64,000 bases of DNA, taken from assembly GCA_002269645.1 (NCBI GenBank), contig NIVC01002714.1:8574-72573 (forward strand), in the 5' to 3' direction. Shown piece after piece: positions 1-11,341 of the stretch. The position numbers and the translations under genes are program-made. Numbering within the stretch: the first letter of the stretch is position 1; the number at the start of each line of letters is the position of its first letter. The DNA comes from Macrostomum lignano (lineage: Eukaryota). The notes under the pieces were generated by a model that was given only the letters and a program-made list of their open reading frames with translations, was not told where the DNA came from and made no database searches.

Positions 1-122
1 GCCCCTAGTCTCACAATGAGAATCGCTCCTGTTTCGGCTTCAAAAATCGGCCTAAGAACTTTAAAGTCACCTCGACAGTAGGTAGCAAGCAACGGCCCAC
101 CGTGACCTCTTTGTCCCCGCAG

Positions 123-431
123 CTGACCCTGTCTCACCAGCTGGCCAGCCTGCCCAACTGCCGCTCCAGCATCAGCCTCACCGAGACCACCCGCTGCGCC
201 GTTTGCAATCGCCGATTCGACGAATCATCGCCGTCGCCGTCCGTTCCGTCGACGTCGGCAGGCGCAGCTCCGGCAGCTTTGGCTTTCGTGCTGACGTCGA
301 CTGGTCAACCGGCCCACTTCCGCTGCTGCCCGTGGCTTCACGAAGCAACAGCAGCGAACAGCAATTCTACTTCATCCAGTGCCGTCTCCGCTGCCGGCTC
401 CCCCACTGAAGCAGCCAAGACCTCAGCTTAG
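123..431 (+). CDS. Terminal exon of a Vps39/TGFBRAP1(Vps3)-like protein (C-terminal Vps39_2 zinc-finger-like region); gene begins before the window
   Basis: Acceptor ttgtccccgcag|123. Translation SSISLTETTRCAVCNRRF...AFVLTSTGQPAHFRCC fits the CxxC...FV..P/G..HxxC C-terminus of VPS39/TGFBRAP1. TAG at 429-431, AATAAA near 526. Confidence 0.6.
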   Translation: MTLSHQLASLPNCRSSISLTETTRCAVCNRRFDESSPSPSVPSTSAGAAPAALAFVLTSTGQPAHFRCCPWLHEATAANSNSTSSSAVSAAGSPTEAAKTSA

Positions 432-1088
432 GTAGATAAATCATATGTTTATATTCATATATACACAATGATCCCTTTTAACCTGTAATTAATTAGTAGT
501 ACATTGGTAGAGAATCAGTATTTTTGAATAAAAAGATTTTAATGAAAGCTAGCTAGTAAACTCTTACTATTGTTTGTATATATTTATTGACTGAATGATG
601 ATTATGAGAGACGATATTTATGAACAGGGAGCCCCCCCCCTGTCTGCAGCCATACCCCATGAGCAGGCTAATTAAGCCGTCTGTGTTCTTAAATTCCCAG
701 ATACCCAGATATGCTTGTGTTACTGATTCATATTTCTATTGAAGCATAAATCGATACTTGATTTTGAAGTCTTTAAAAAGTTTAACTTAATTCATTCAGT
801 TGTAATAAGCAGGTAATGAGCCATTTGATTTAGTTATAGATAATTGTCACTGTTTTCGTTATTGTATTCTCTGTGCAATCAATGCCGGTTTGTATTGTTT
901 TAGTACAAAGGTTTTGTGAGCGAACCAGAGGTTTTGTTATGAAATTTATGAATATAGTGTTAATAAATAAATTTATCAACGCCCCTAGCTAACGGCCGTG
1001 ATTGTGATTCTTCGTTGTTGATTTTATTATTTCTCCTGTTTTCATTTGCTAGTGGTAGTTTGTTATTATTTAAGAGATTTTTAACAGG

Positions 1089-1091
<3 letters not shown>

Positions 1092-1173
<82 letters not shown>
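1092..1173. repeat. (CT)n microsatellite
   Basis: About 40 perfect CT units. Confidence 0.98.
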
Positions 1174-1178
<5 letters not shown>

Positions 1179-1694
1179 CTATTCTTTTTTGCCTCTCTCT
1201 TCCTCTACTCCCCTTTCTCTATCTCTCTCCCCAATCCATCTCTCCCTCCCCATATCCCAACCTGTAAATCCTCAATCAGCCGCTTCTTTCCTAACTACAA
1301 AAAAACGCACGAACCCAGAGCCAAATTGCCGAGCCCTCAGCTGTCGCGCAGCGTGTTTACTCACTTGGCCAACGCGGGGAGGTCGGGGGAGGAGAGACAT
1401 ACATAGGAGAGACAGCTGCGCTAACAGATTTTCTCTGGACTGGTCCCCCTCCTACCTACACACAGAGTGTCCTTCAAGTAGACTGAGGGCTAAACTAGTC
1501 TATTCAACTCCTATTTCAGCCCCCTGTTAGTCTCGCTCACTACTAGAGCGAAGAATACAATTAAAAGCTATTTTAGTGCAACTGCAAACCCAAAAATCCC
1601 AACTCTGAAATCGCCTACTCTGAGAGGATTTATATATACTGAGATCCCTAATGCGCAGACAATTCCCCTTTCAGCTCAATCGCTTTTAGCCACA

Positions 1695-3347
1695 ATGAAA
1701 GCCCTAATCCTCGTCGGCGGTTTCGGCACTCGCCTGCGCCCCCTCACCCTGTCGCAGCCGAAGCCTCTGGTTGAATTCTGCAACAAGCCAATGATGCTGC
1801 ATCAAGTTGAAGCCCTGGCAGCTGTCGGAGTCGATCACGTGATCCTGGCCGTCAGCTACCGGGCCGAGCTTATGGAGCAGCGATTGTTGAAGGAGGGCGA
1901 ACGTCTGGGCGTTAAATTTACCTTCTCGTTCGAGGAGGAGCCTCTTGGCACCGCCGGCCCGTTGAAGCTGGCCGAGAAATACCTGGCAGAGTCGGCCGAT
2001 CCAGCCGAGCCCTTCTTTGTCCTCAACAGTGACGTCATCTGCCAGTTCCCTTTCCAGCAGATGATCGAATTTCACCGGGCCCACGGCCGGGAAGGCACCA
2101 TCATGGTCACCAAGGTTGAGGAGCCGTCCAAGTACGGCGTTGTTGTGTACGACGAGGCCACTGGGCTGATCGACCGGTTCGTTGAGAAGCCGCAGGAGTT
2201 CGTGTCCAACAAGATCAACGCCGGTCTGTACATCTTCAGCCGGTCGATTCTGGACAAAATTCCCAATAAGCCAACTTCTATAGAGAAGGAGACTTTCCCG
2301 CTGATGGTGCAGCAGGGCAACTTGTACGCATTGGAGCTGCACGGCTTCTGGATGGATGTTGGCCAGCCGAAGGACTTCCTAACCGGTGCGTTGTTAACAT
2401 TGTTCTGGGATCACTCACTCGCTCACTCACTCGATCACTCATTCACTCACTCACTCACTCACTCACTCATTCACTCACTCACTCACTCACTCGATCACTC
2501 ATTCACTCACTCATTCGCTCATTCACTCACTTATTCATCCATTCACTCACTCACTCACTCACTCACTCACTCACTCATTCACTCACTCATTCGCTCATTC
2601 ACTCACTTATTCATCCATTCACTCACTCACTCACTCACTCACTCACTCACTCATTCACTCACTCACTCACTCGATCACTCATTCACTCACTCATTCGCTC
2701 ATTCACTCACTTATTCATCCATTCACTCACTCATTCACTCACTCACTCACTCATTCACTCACTCGCTCACTCACTCACTCATTCACTCACTCGCTCACTC
2801 ACTCACTCATTCACTCACTCACTCATTCACTCACTCACTCACTCACTCAGTCGCTCACTCACTCACTTAGTTACTCGCTCGATCACTCACTCATCACTCA
2901 CTCACTCACTCACTCACTGCAGGCATGTGCATGTACATTGCCAATTCTCCGTCTGCCTGCGCCACGCCGGACGGAGACGCCGGCAAATCCGGGGACGGCG
3001 GCGGCGGCACGGCGATCACCAGCAGCCTGGTGCACCCCACCGCCAAGATCGGGCGCAACTGCCGCATCGGGCCCAACGTGGTCATCGGTCCCAACGTAGT
3101 TATCGAAGACGGCGTTCGAATCCGTCGCAGCACGGTGCTCGAAGGCTCGAAAATTCGCGAGCACAGCTGGATTGACTCGTGCATAATTGGCTGGCGCTGC
3201 CACATCGGCCGCTGGGTCCGTATGGAGTCCGTCTGCGTCCTTGGCGAAGACGTCAACGTCAATGACGAGATCTATTTGAACGGCTGCCGGATCCTGCCGC
3301 ACAAGAGCATCGGCGAGTCCCAGCCCGAGCCGCAGATTATTATGTAG
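1695..3347 (+). CDS. GMPPB: Mannose-1-phosphate guanylyltransferase beta; exons 1695-2385 and 2923-3347
   Basis: [29 protein letters not shown]-terminal motif; [12 protein letters not shown]|MC junction with GT-AG phase-1 intron; hexapeptide beta-helix tail ending [11 protein letters not shown]. Confidence 0.97.
2410..2918. repeat. (CACT)n microsatellite filling the GMPPB intron
   Basis: Degenerate cact/catt tetramers running right up to the acceptor cactgcag. Confidence 0.95.
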
Positions 3348-3359
3348 GACCTCAGCGTC

Positions 3360-3960
3360 TGAGTAGGCTGTCTATGAAGGGAGCAGGTAGGCTGTCTATG
3401 AAGGGAACAAGTAGGCTGTCTATGAAGGGAGCAAGCAGGCTGTCTATGAAGGGAGCAAGCAGGCTGTCTATGAAGGGAGCAAGCAGGCTGTCTATGAAGG
3501 GAGCAGGTAGGCTGTCTATGAAGGGAGCAGGTAGGCTGTCTATGAAGGGAACAAGTAGGCTGTCTATGAAGGGAACAAGTAGGCTGTCTATGAAGGGAAC
3601 AAGTAGGCTGTCTATGAAGGGAGCAAGCAGGCTGTCTATGAAGGGAACAAGTAGGCTGTCTATGAAGGGAACAAGTAGGCTGTCTATGAAGGGAGCAAGC
3701 AGGCTGTCTATGAAGGGAACAAGTAGGCTGTCTATGAAGGGAGCAAGCAGGCTGTCTATGAAGGGAGCAAGCAGGCTGTCTATGAAGGGAGCAAGCAGGC
3801 TGTCTATGAAGGGAGCAAGCAGGCTGTCTATGAAGGGAACAAGTAGGCTGTCTATGAAAGGAGCAGGTAGGTTGTTTATGAAGGGAGCAAGCAGGCTGTC
3901 TATGAAGGGAGCAGGTAGGTTGTCTATGAAGGGAGCAAGCAGGGTGTCTATGAAGGGAGA
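3360..3960. repeat. 24-bp minisatellite (gtaggctgtctatgaagggagcaa), about 25 copies
   Basis: Starts about 13 nt after the GMPPB stop; produces the MKGASRLS repeat ORFs. Confidence 0.95.
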
Positions 3961-4404
3961 CAGGCAATAAGTTTGTCCCTCAGACCTGAGACTACATTTG
4001 CCATCACTTTAAATATACAATATAATTTCTTTAAACCGTGTCTTTTAGCGGCAAGTTAGCGGCTTTCGACTGCTGTTAGCCTTAAACTACATTATGTTAT
4101 AGTTAGTTTTACTACAAATATTGTTGGTATCCTTTGGTCACGCTAAGCAGTTTTTGCAAAGCAATATGTTTCTTTTTTCAGCATCACACGGACTTACATT
4201 CAGCTAATGTGCCGCTGTGGTCTGATTTCTTATCTATAATAAATTAGCTGTAAGCTTCTGTTCGATACAGTTACAGCTTCTGAAGCCCATATGCTTTGCC
4301 GAACTAGTTTACTGTTTGTGTTTTTCACTGACAACTGCATGTAGTGATGTTGGTTTTGTTTTAATCAACCACGCCACGGCTCGTCATGCAGCATTCAGCC
4401 ATCC

Positions 4405-4735
4405 GGCCTCCCAGATCCTCAGTTGCTGGGCCAGCCTCCCAGCTCCTCAGTTGCTGGGCCAGCCTCCCAGATCATCAGTTGCTGGGCCAGCCTCCCAAAT
4501 CCTCAGTTGCTGGGCCAGCCTCCCAGTTCCTCAGTTGCTGGGCCAGTCTCCCAAATCCTCTGTTGCTGGGCCAGATCCTCAATTGCTGGGCCAGATCCTC
4601 AGTTGCTGGGCCAGCCTCCCAGATCCTCAATTGCTGGGCCAGATCCTCAGTTGCTGGGCCAGCCTCCCAGATCCTCAATTGCTGGGCCAGATCCTCAGTT
4701 GCTGGGCCAGCCTCCCAGATCCTCAGTTGCTGAGC
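4405..4735. repeat. 28-bp minisatellite (cctcagttgctgggccagcctcccagat)
   Basis: Tandem units; the same family occurs inverted at 26655-27080. Confidence 0.9.
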
Positions 4736-5394
4736 CGCTAAGCTTTAACAGCAATCTTCTAATTGCCAAAGTGTTACCGCTTCAATTGCCTGCAGTTTGT
4801 TTTGAATGTTTTAGCCAGTTCTCTCCTGTCGCCGCCTTATTTACCACCGAGAATCCAATATAGTGATGTGCCAATACGCGCTGGTAGTTTGATTTTTCTA
4901 CTTATAATTGCAGTTTGTCCTCACTCATGACCGGATATAAACTTTGAAATAAAAGGACCCCTTGACATGCCTATCGCGGAGGCACTTATGTTTAATCATT
5001 GGACATTTTCACTTCTCTAGAATCAAATAGCAATGTTCTGTTTATATGATACTTCTTTTACAATGCTCGGCTTTGACGGCACAAATTAATTCTTGGTTTT
5101 CGTTTTCTGGTTTGCTTCGTCTTTTTCCTTGACTTATTTATACTTATACCTGTCTAACATGCTTTTTTATTTATAGAATCAATAATATTAGTAAATGCTG
5201 GTTTAAAACACATTCATTGTTTATTACGTTCAAAATTGTGCACCTCTATTTAGCAAATAAATTAAGAAATAGACTGCTCTATATCAGCTGCTGTGATTCA
5301 CTACCTTTTGGAAGTCCTTTGTTTCTGCTTGTTTCTTAATGATACTGTCGTGGCTTGTATTGGCTGTCGTGACATTTAATTAGTAACATTGAAC

Positions 5395-6110
5395 AACCAC
5401 CCCTAATTACTCACTTTGAGCACCCACCCCTAATTACTCACCTTGAATACCCACCCCTAATTACTTACCATGAACACCCACCCCTAAATACCATGAACAC
5501 CACCCCTAATTACTTACCATGACCACCCACCCTAATTACTCACCATGAACACCCACCCCTAATTACCATGAACACCACCCCTAATTACTTACCATGACCA
5601 CCCACCCCTAATTACTCACCATGAACACCCACCCCTAATTACTAACCATGAACACCCACCCCTAATTACTAACCATGAACACCCACCCCTAATTACTAAC
5701 CATGACCACCCACCCCTAATTACCATGAACACCACCCCTAATTACTTACCATGACCACCCACCCCTAATTACTCACCATGAACACCCACCCCTAATTACT
5801 CACCATGAACACCCACCCCTAATTACTCACCATGAACACCCACCCCTAATTACTAACCATGACCACCCACCCCTAATTACTCACCATGAACACCCACCCC
5901 TAATTACTAACCATGAACACCCACCCCTAATTACTAACCATGAACACCCACCCCTAATTACTCACCATGAACACCCACCCCTAATTACTCACCATGAACA
6001 CCCACCCCTAATTACTCACCATGAACACCCACCCCTAATTACTCACCATGAACACCCACCCCTAATTACTAACCATGACCACCCACCCCTAATTACTCAC
6101 TTTAAACACC
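5395..6110. repeat. 27-bp minisatellite (cacccacccctaattactcaccatgaa)
   Basis: About 26 tandem units. Confidence 0.93.
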
Positions 6111-6502
6111 CGCCCCTAGTTACTCACCTTGAACACTGTCACCCTAATTACCCGCCCTTAACACCTGCCCCTAATTATACTTATTTTCGGCGCCCACCAA
6201 AAAGATGCGGTTTTAATTTTTACTTTTTAATAAATTTTGCGTTTCAAAAAGAATATCTACTTTTGATGCCAACAAGTACAGTAAATTACGGTTTGAACAA
6301 AATATCGTCCGATTTGTTCAAACTTGTTTTTGTTACTCGTTTCCTTCTTTCTTAGTTTTACACAGCCCCACACTTCTGTATGGCTTGAGAATTAAACAGT
6401 AGACTGTAATTTGTGTTATTCATTATGAATTATATTCCGAGCAATCCGTTCGTGAGCAATCGCTATCGTTTTAAACTCAATTTTTGCAGTATTGCAATTT
6501 GG

Positions 6503-7618
6503 AGCTACAATGAGGAGGGTAGCGGCAGGCACTGAAGCTACAATAGGGGGGGGGGTAGCGGCAGGCACTGAAGCTACAATAGGGGGGGGGTAGCGGCAGG
6601 CACTGAAGCTACAATAGGGGGGGGGTAGCGGCAGGCACTGAAGCTACAATAAGGGGGGGGGTAGCGGCAGGCACTGAAGCTACAATAGGGGGGGGGTAAC
6701 GGCAGGCACTGAAGCTACAATAGGGGGCGTAGCGGCAGGCACTGAAGCTACAATAGGGGGGGGGTAGCGGCAGGCACTGAAGCTACAATAGGGGGGGTAG
6801 CGGCAGGCACTGAAGCTACAATAGGGGGGGGGGGGTAGCGGCAGGCACTGAAGCTACAAGGGGGGGGGGTAGCGGCAGGCACTGAAGCTACAATAGGGGG
6901 GGGGTAGCGGCAGGCACTGAAGCTACAAGGGGGGGGGGTAGCGGCAGGCACTGAAGCTACAAGGGGGGGGTAGCGGTAGGCACTGAAGCTACAATAGGGG
7001 GGGTAACGGCAGGCACTGAAGCTACAATAGGGGGGGGGTAGCGGCAGGCACTGAAGCTACAATAGGGGGGGGGTAGCGGCAGGCACTGAAGCTACAATAG
7101 GGGGGGGGGTAGCGGCAGGCACTGAAGCTACAATAGGGGGGGGGGTAGCGGCAGGCACTGAAGCTACAATAAGGGGGGGTAGCGGCAGGCACTGAAGCTA
7201 CAATAGGGGGGGGGGGGTAACGGCAGGCACTGAAGCTACAATAGGGGGGGGTAGCGGCAGGCACTGAAGCTACAATAGGGGGGGGTAGCGGCAGGCACTG
7301 AAGCTACAATAGGGGGGGTAGCGGCAGGCACTGAAGCTACAATAGGGGGGGGGTAGCGGCAGGCACTGAAGCTACAAGGGGGGGGGGTAGCGGCAGGCAC
7401 TGAAGCTACAATAGGGGGGGGTAGCGGCAGGCACTGAAGCTACAAGGGGGGGGTAGCGGCAGGCACTGAAGCTACAAGGGGGGGGGGGGTAGCGGTAGGC
7501 ACTGAAGCTACAATAGGGGGGGGGTAACGGCAGGCACTGAAGCTACAATAGGGGGGGGGGGTAGCGGCAGGCACTGAAGCTACAATAGGGGGGGGGGTAG
7601 CGGCAGGCACTGAAGCTT
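6503..7618. repeat. About 35-bp minisatellite tagcggcaggcactgaagctacaata(G)n with variable poly-G
   Basis: About 31 units; the first overlaps an ATG (6510) and the last runs into the NDUFAF5 reading frame. Confidence 0.95.
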
Positions 7619-10488
7619 AGCGGCCGCCCAGCCTCAGTAACAAGCCTCGAGCTTCATCTCCACCCGCTGTTTGGCTTCATCAGCGGTAGCGGCAGCCCGG
7701 CAGCATTTTTGGTCGCCTGCTGCCACCGACGCGCAGCCCGAGCTGCTGCAGCCCGACTGTCTTCGGCATCTTTAACGGGCAGCGCCGATGACGTCGGCAT
7801 TGCGACATCTGCGTCGGTTCCTTCCTCCTCGACCTCGGTGATGAACGTCTTCGACAGGCGGGCGAAGCTGCTACAGCGGCGGCGGGGCCTCCTGCGGCCG
7901 GAGCGGCAGTGCTGCGGCTACCTGCGCGAGGAGATTGGCTGGCGCACCTTCGACAGAATCTGCGATATTAAACGGTGAGGGATTGCTAATCTAGTCAATG
8001 TGGGAGCAGGAATAGAATGGATTGCTAATCTAGTCAATGTGGGAGCAGGAATAGAATGGATTGCTAATCTAGTCAATGTGGGAGCAGGAGTAGAATGGAT
8101 TGCTAATCTAGTCAATGTGGGAGCAGGAATAGAATGGATTGCTAATCTAGTCAATGTGGGAGCAGGAATAGAATGGATTGCTAATCTAGTCAATGTGGGA
8201 GCAGGAATAGAATGGATTGCTAATCTAGTCAATGTGGGAGCAGGAATTGAATGGATTGCTAATCTAGTCAATGTGGGAGCAGGAATAGAATGGATTGCTA
8301 ATCTAGTCAATGTGGGAGCAGGAATAGAATGGATTGCTAATCTAGTTAATGTGAAAGCAGGAATAGAATGGATTGCTAATCTAGTCAATGTGGGAGCAGG
8401 AATTGAATGGATTGCTAATCTAGTCAATGTGGGAGCAGGAATAGAATGGATTGCTAATCTAGTTAATGTGAAAGCAGGAATAGAATGGATTGCTAATCTA
8501 GTCAATGTGGGAGCAGGAGTAGAATGGATTGCTAATCTGGCCAACCCCTATCTCACTCGCTGTCCAACTGCAGCGATTTCGGTGTCATAGTCGACTACGG
8601 CTGCGACTCCGGGCACATCGCCAAGCACATCACGGCGGACATGGCCAAGCGGATCTACCAGTGCGACTGGCTGCCGGAGGCGCTGGAGACGGCAGAGAAG
8701 TCGCCCGAAGTCCCCACTCACAATGTCCTGATTGAGGGAGAGAATTTCTTTCCGTTCGCCGAAAACTCATTGGATTTGGTTGTTAGCAGCATGAGGTGGG
8801 GGTTGAAACTTGCCTAATGAATCTGGAGACTTGTTATTTCGTTTTTTAATATTCATGTCGTGTTTATCAATCGATTACAGCTTGCACTGGATTAACGACT
8901 TGCCTGGATTTTTCTCTCGGTGAGCGCAAAGTGTTAGTGGGTTGGTTGCTTTGAAATTTTTTTATTGTCTGTGGTTGGCTCCAATCCAACCCAATCCAAT
9001 CCAACCCAATCCAATCCAACCCAGTCCAATCTAATCCAATCCAATCCAACCCAGTCCAATCTAATCCATTCCAATCCAACCCAATCCTATCCAACCCAAT
9101 CCAAACCAACCCAATCCAATCTAATCCATTCCAATCCAACCCAGTCCAATCTAATCCAATCCAATCCAACCCAGTCCAATCTAATCCAATCCAATCCAAC
9201 CCAGTCCAATATAATCCAATCCAATCCAACCCAGTCCAATCTAATCCAATCCAATCCAACCCAGTCCAATCTAATCCAATCCAATCCAACCCAGTCCAAT
9301 CTAATCCAATCCAATCCAACCCAGTCCAATCTAATCCAATCCAATCCAACCCAGTCCAATCCAATCCAACCCAGTCCAATCTAATCCAATCTAATCCAAT
9401 CCAATCCAACCCAGTCCAATCTAATCCAATCCAATCCAACCCAGTCCAATCTAATCGAATCGAATCCAACCCAGTCCAATCTAATCGAATCCAATCCAAC
9501 CCAGTCCAATCTAATCCAATCCAATCCAACCCAGTCCAATCTAATCGAATCCAATCCAACCCAGTCCAATCTAATCGAATCCAATCCAACCCAGTCCAAT
9601 CTAATCCAATCCAATCCAACCCAGTCCAATCTAATCCAATTCAATCCAACCCAGTCCAATCTAATCCAATCCAATCCAACCCAGTCCAATCTAATCCAAT
9701 CCAATCCAACCCAGTCCAATCTAATCCAATCCAATCCAACCCAGTCCAATCTAATCCATTCCAATCCAACCCAGTCCAATCTAATCCAATCCAATCCAAC
9801 CCAGTCCAATCTAATCCAATCCAATCCAACCCACTCCACTCCAACCCAGTCCAATTCAACCCAGTCCAATTCATCAGACAGCAAGCTCACGCCAGTTCCG
9901 CTGAATCCCCTCAGTGAAATCCTTCGCGCCCTTAAGCCGGACGGCTGCCTGCTCGGCAGCACCCTCGGCGGCGACTCGCTGTACGAGCTGCGCTGCTCCC
10001 TTCAGCTGGCCGAGCAGGAGCGGCTCGGTGGCTTCGCTCCGCACGTGTCACCCTTCACCAGCAACGCCGATCTGGGCGCCCTGATGCAGAACTGCGGCTA
10101 CGCGCTGGTCTCAATAGACGTGGACGAAATTGTGGTCCGCTATCCGTCTGTGCACGACCTGCTCACGGATCTGCGAGCGATGGGCGAAACCAACGCGGCG
10201 TGGAACCGGCCGCTGCGGCTTAATAGAGACGTGCTCACTGCTGCCGCGGCTATCTACGATTTCATGTACGGCGGCGAGGACGGTGAGGAGGACAGCGAAG
10301 GTCAGCGGCGGCGCAGCGTGCCGGCCACGTTTCAGTTTGTGAACTTCATTGGCTGGAAGCCGCACCATTCCCAGCAGAAGCCGGCAAGGCGGGGCTCCGC
10401 ATCTGTCAGCTTGCGCGACCTCGGCTCCGTTATGGAGAAGAACGGCGGCGGTGGCGGCGGCGGCACAGACTCCAAACCTAAATCTTGA
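7601..10488 (+). CDS. NDUFAF5: NADH dehydrogenase complex I assembly factor 5 (SAM-dependent methyltransferase fold / arginine hydroxylase); exons about 7601-7974, 8574-8795, 8881-8919, 9915-10488; start codon uncertain
   Basis: MNVFDRRAK..GYLREEIG, VDYGCDSG, LDLVVSSMSLHWINDLPG, LKPDG..GGDSLYELRCSLQLAE, PATFQ..FIGWKPH..QQKPARRGSA; all introns GT-AG and phase-consistent. Confidence 0.94.
7981..8538. repeat. 36-bp minisatellite filling an NDUFAF5 intron
   Basis: ggattgctaatctagtcaatgtgggagcaggaatagaat-type unit, about 15 copies. Confidence 0.95.
8981..9872. repeat. (CCAAT)n-based satellite with a 30-bp higher-order unit in an NDUFAF5 intron
   Basis: aatccaatccaatccaacccagtccaatct repeated. 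Confidence 0.95.
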
Positions 10489-10554
10489 TCGAATTTTTTG
10501 TTGCTTTTTTGTCAGAAATCTATGTAATTGCTACCGTGTTAAATGTCCGTATTA

Positions 10555-11215
10555 AAGTCACCGAGTTCTGTTTGTAGCCTAGAATTAAGTCACCCAGTTC
10601 TGGTGTAGCCTAGAATTAGGTCACCCAGTTCTGGTGTAGCCTAGAATTAGGTCACCCAGTTCTGTTTGTAGCTTAGAAATAGGTCACCGAGTTCTGTTTG
10701 CAGCCTAGAATTAAGTCACCGAGTTCTGGTGTAGCCTAGAATTAGGTCACCCAGTTCTGGTGTAGCCTAGAATTAGGTCACCCAGTTCTGGTGTAGCCTA
10801 GAATTAGGTCACCCAGTTCTGGTGTAGCCTAGAATTAGGTCACCGAGTTCTGTTTGCAGCCTAGAATTAAGTCACCGAGTTCTGGTGTAGCCTAGAATTA
10901 GGTCACGCAGTTCTGTTTGTAGCGTAGAATTACGTCACGCAGTTCTGTTTGTAGCCTAGAATTAGGTCACCGAGGTCTGGTTGTAGCCTAGAATTAGGTC
11001 ACCGAGGTCTGTTTGTAGCCTAGAATTAGGTCACCGAGTTCTGTTTGTAGCCTAGAATTAGGTCACCGTGTTCTGTTTGTAGCCTAGAATTAGGTCACCT
11101 AGTTCTGGTGTAGCCTAGAATTAGGTCACCCAGTTCTGGTGTAGCCTAGAATTAGGTCACCGAGGTCTGTTTGTAGCCTAGAATTAGGTCACCCAGTTCT
11201 GGTGTAATCTAGACA
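10555..11215. repeat. 30-32-bp minisatellite (gttctggtgtagcctagaattaggtcacc) between NDUFAF5 and TASP1
   Basis: About 21 units starting at the ATTAAA poly(A)-like signal. Confidence 0.93.
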
Positions 11216-11341
11216 CCGAGTGACCTATTTAGAAAACGTTAGCTTATCCTACTTTTAATGCCATTTTTCATGCATTCAGGTCTGTGTAAAATGCCTTCGG
11301 TAGATATTCAATCTGCTTGCACTCTTTGCTGACTTTTGTGT

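Noticed and set aside
1015-1530. 171-aa ORF with a signal-peptide-like start
   Set aside because: Starts at TTG and runs through the (CT)n microsatellite; low complexity
5395-6110. Interstitial telomere (CCCTAA in each unit)
   Set aside because: Only one hexamer per 27-bp unit, not tandem (TTAGGG)n
7981-8538. CRISPR-like appearance of the 30-36-bp arrays (also 49560-50730, 58815-59222)
   Set aside because: Units are head-to-tail with no unique spacers, there are no cas genes, and the context is eukaryotic and intronic
8867-9962. DWIGL / SNPTQ pentapeptide-repeat-like ORFs
   Set aside because: CCAAT satellite inside a GT-AG intron of NDUFAF5
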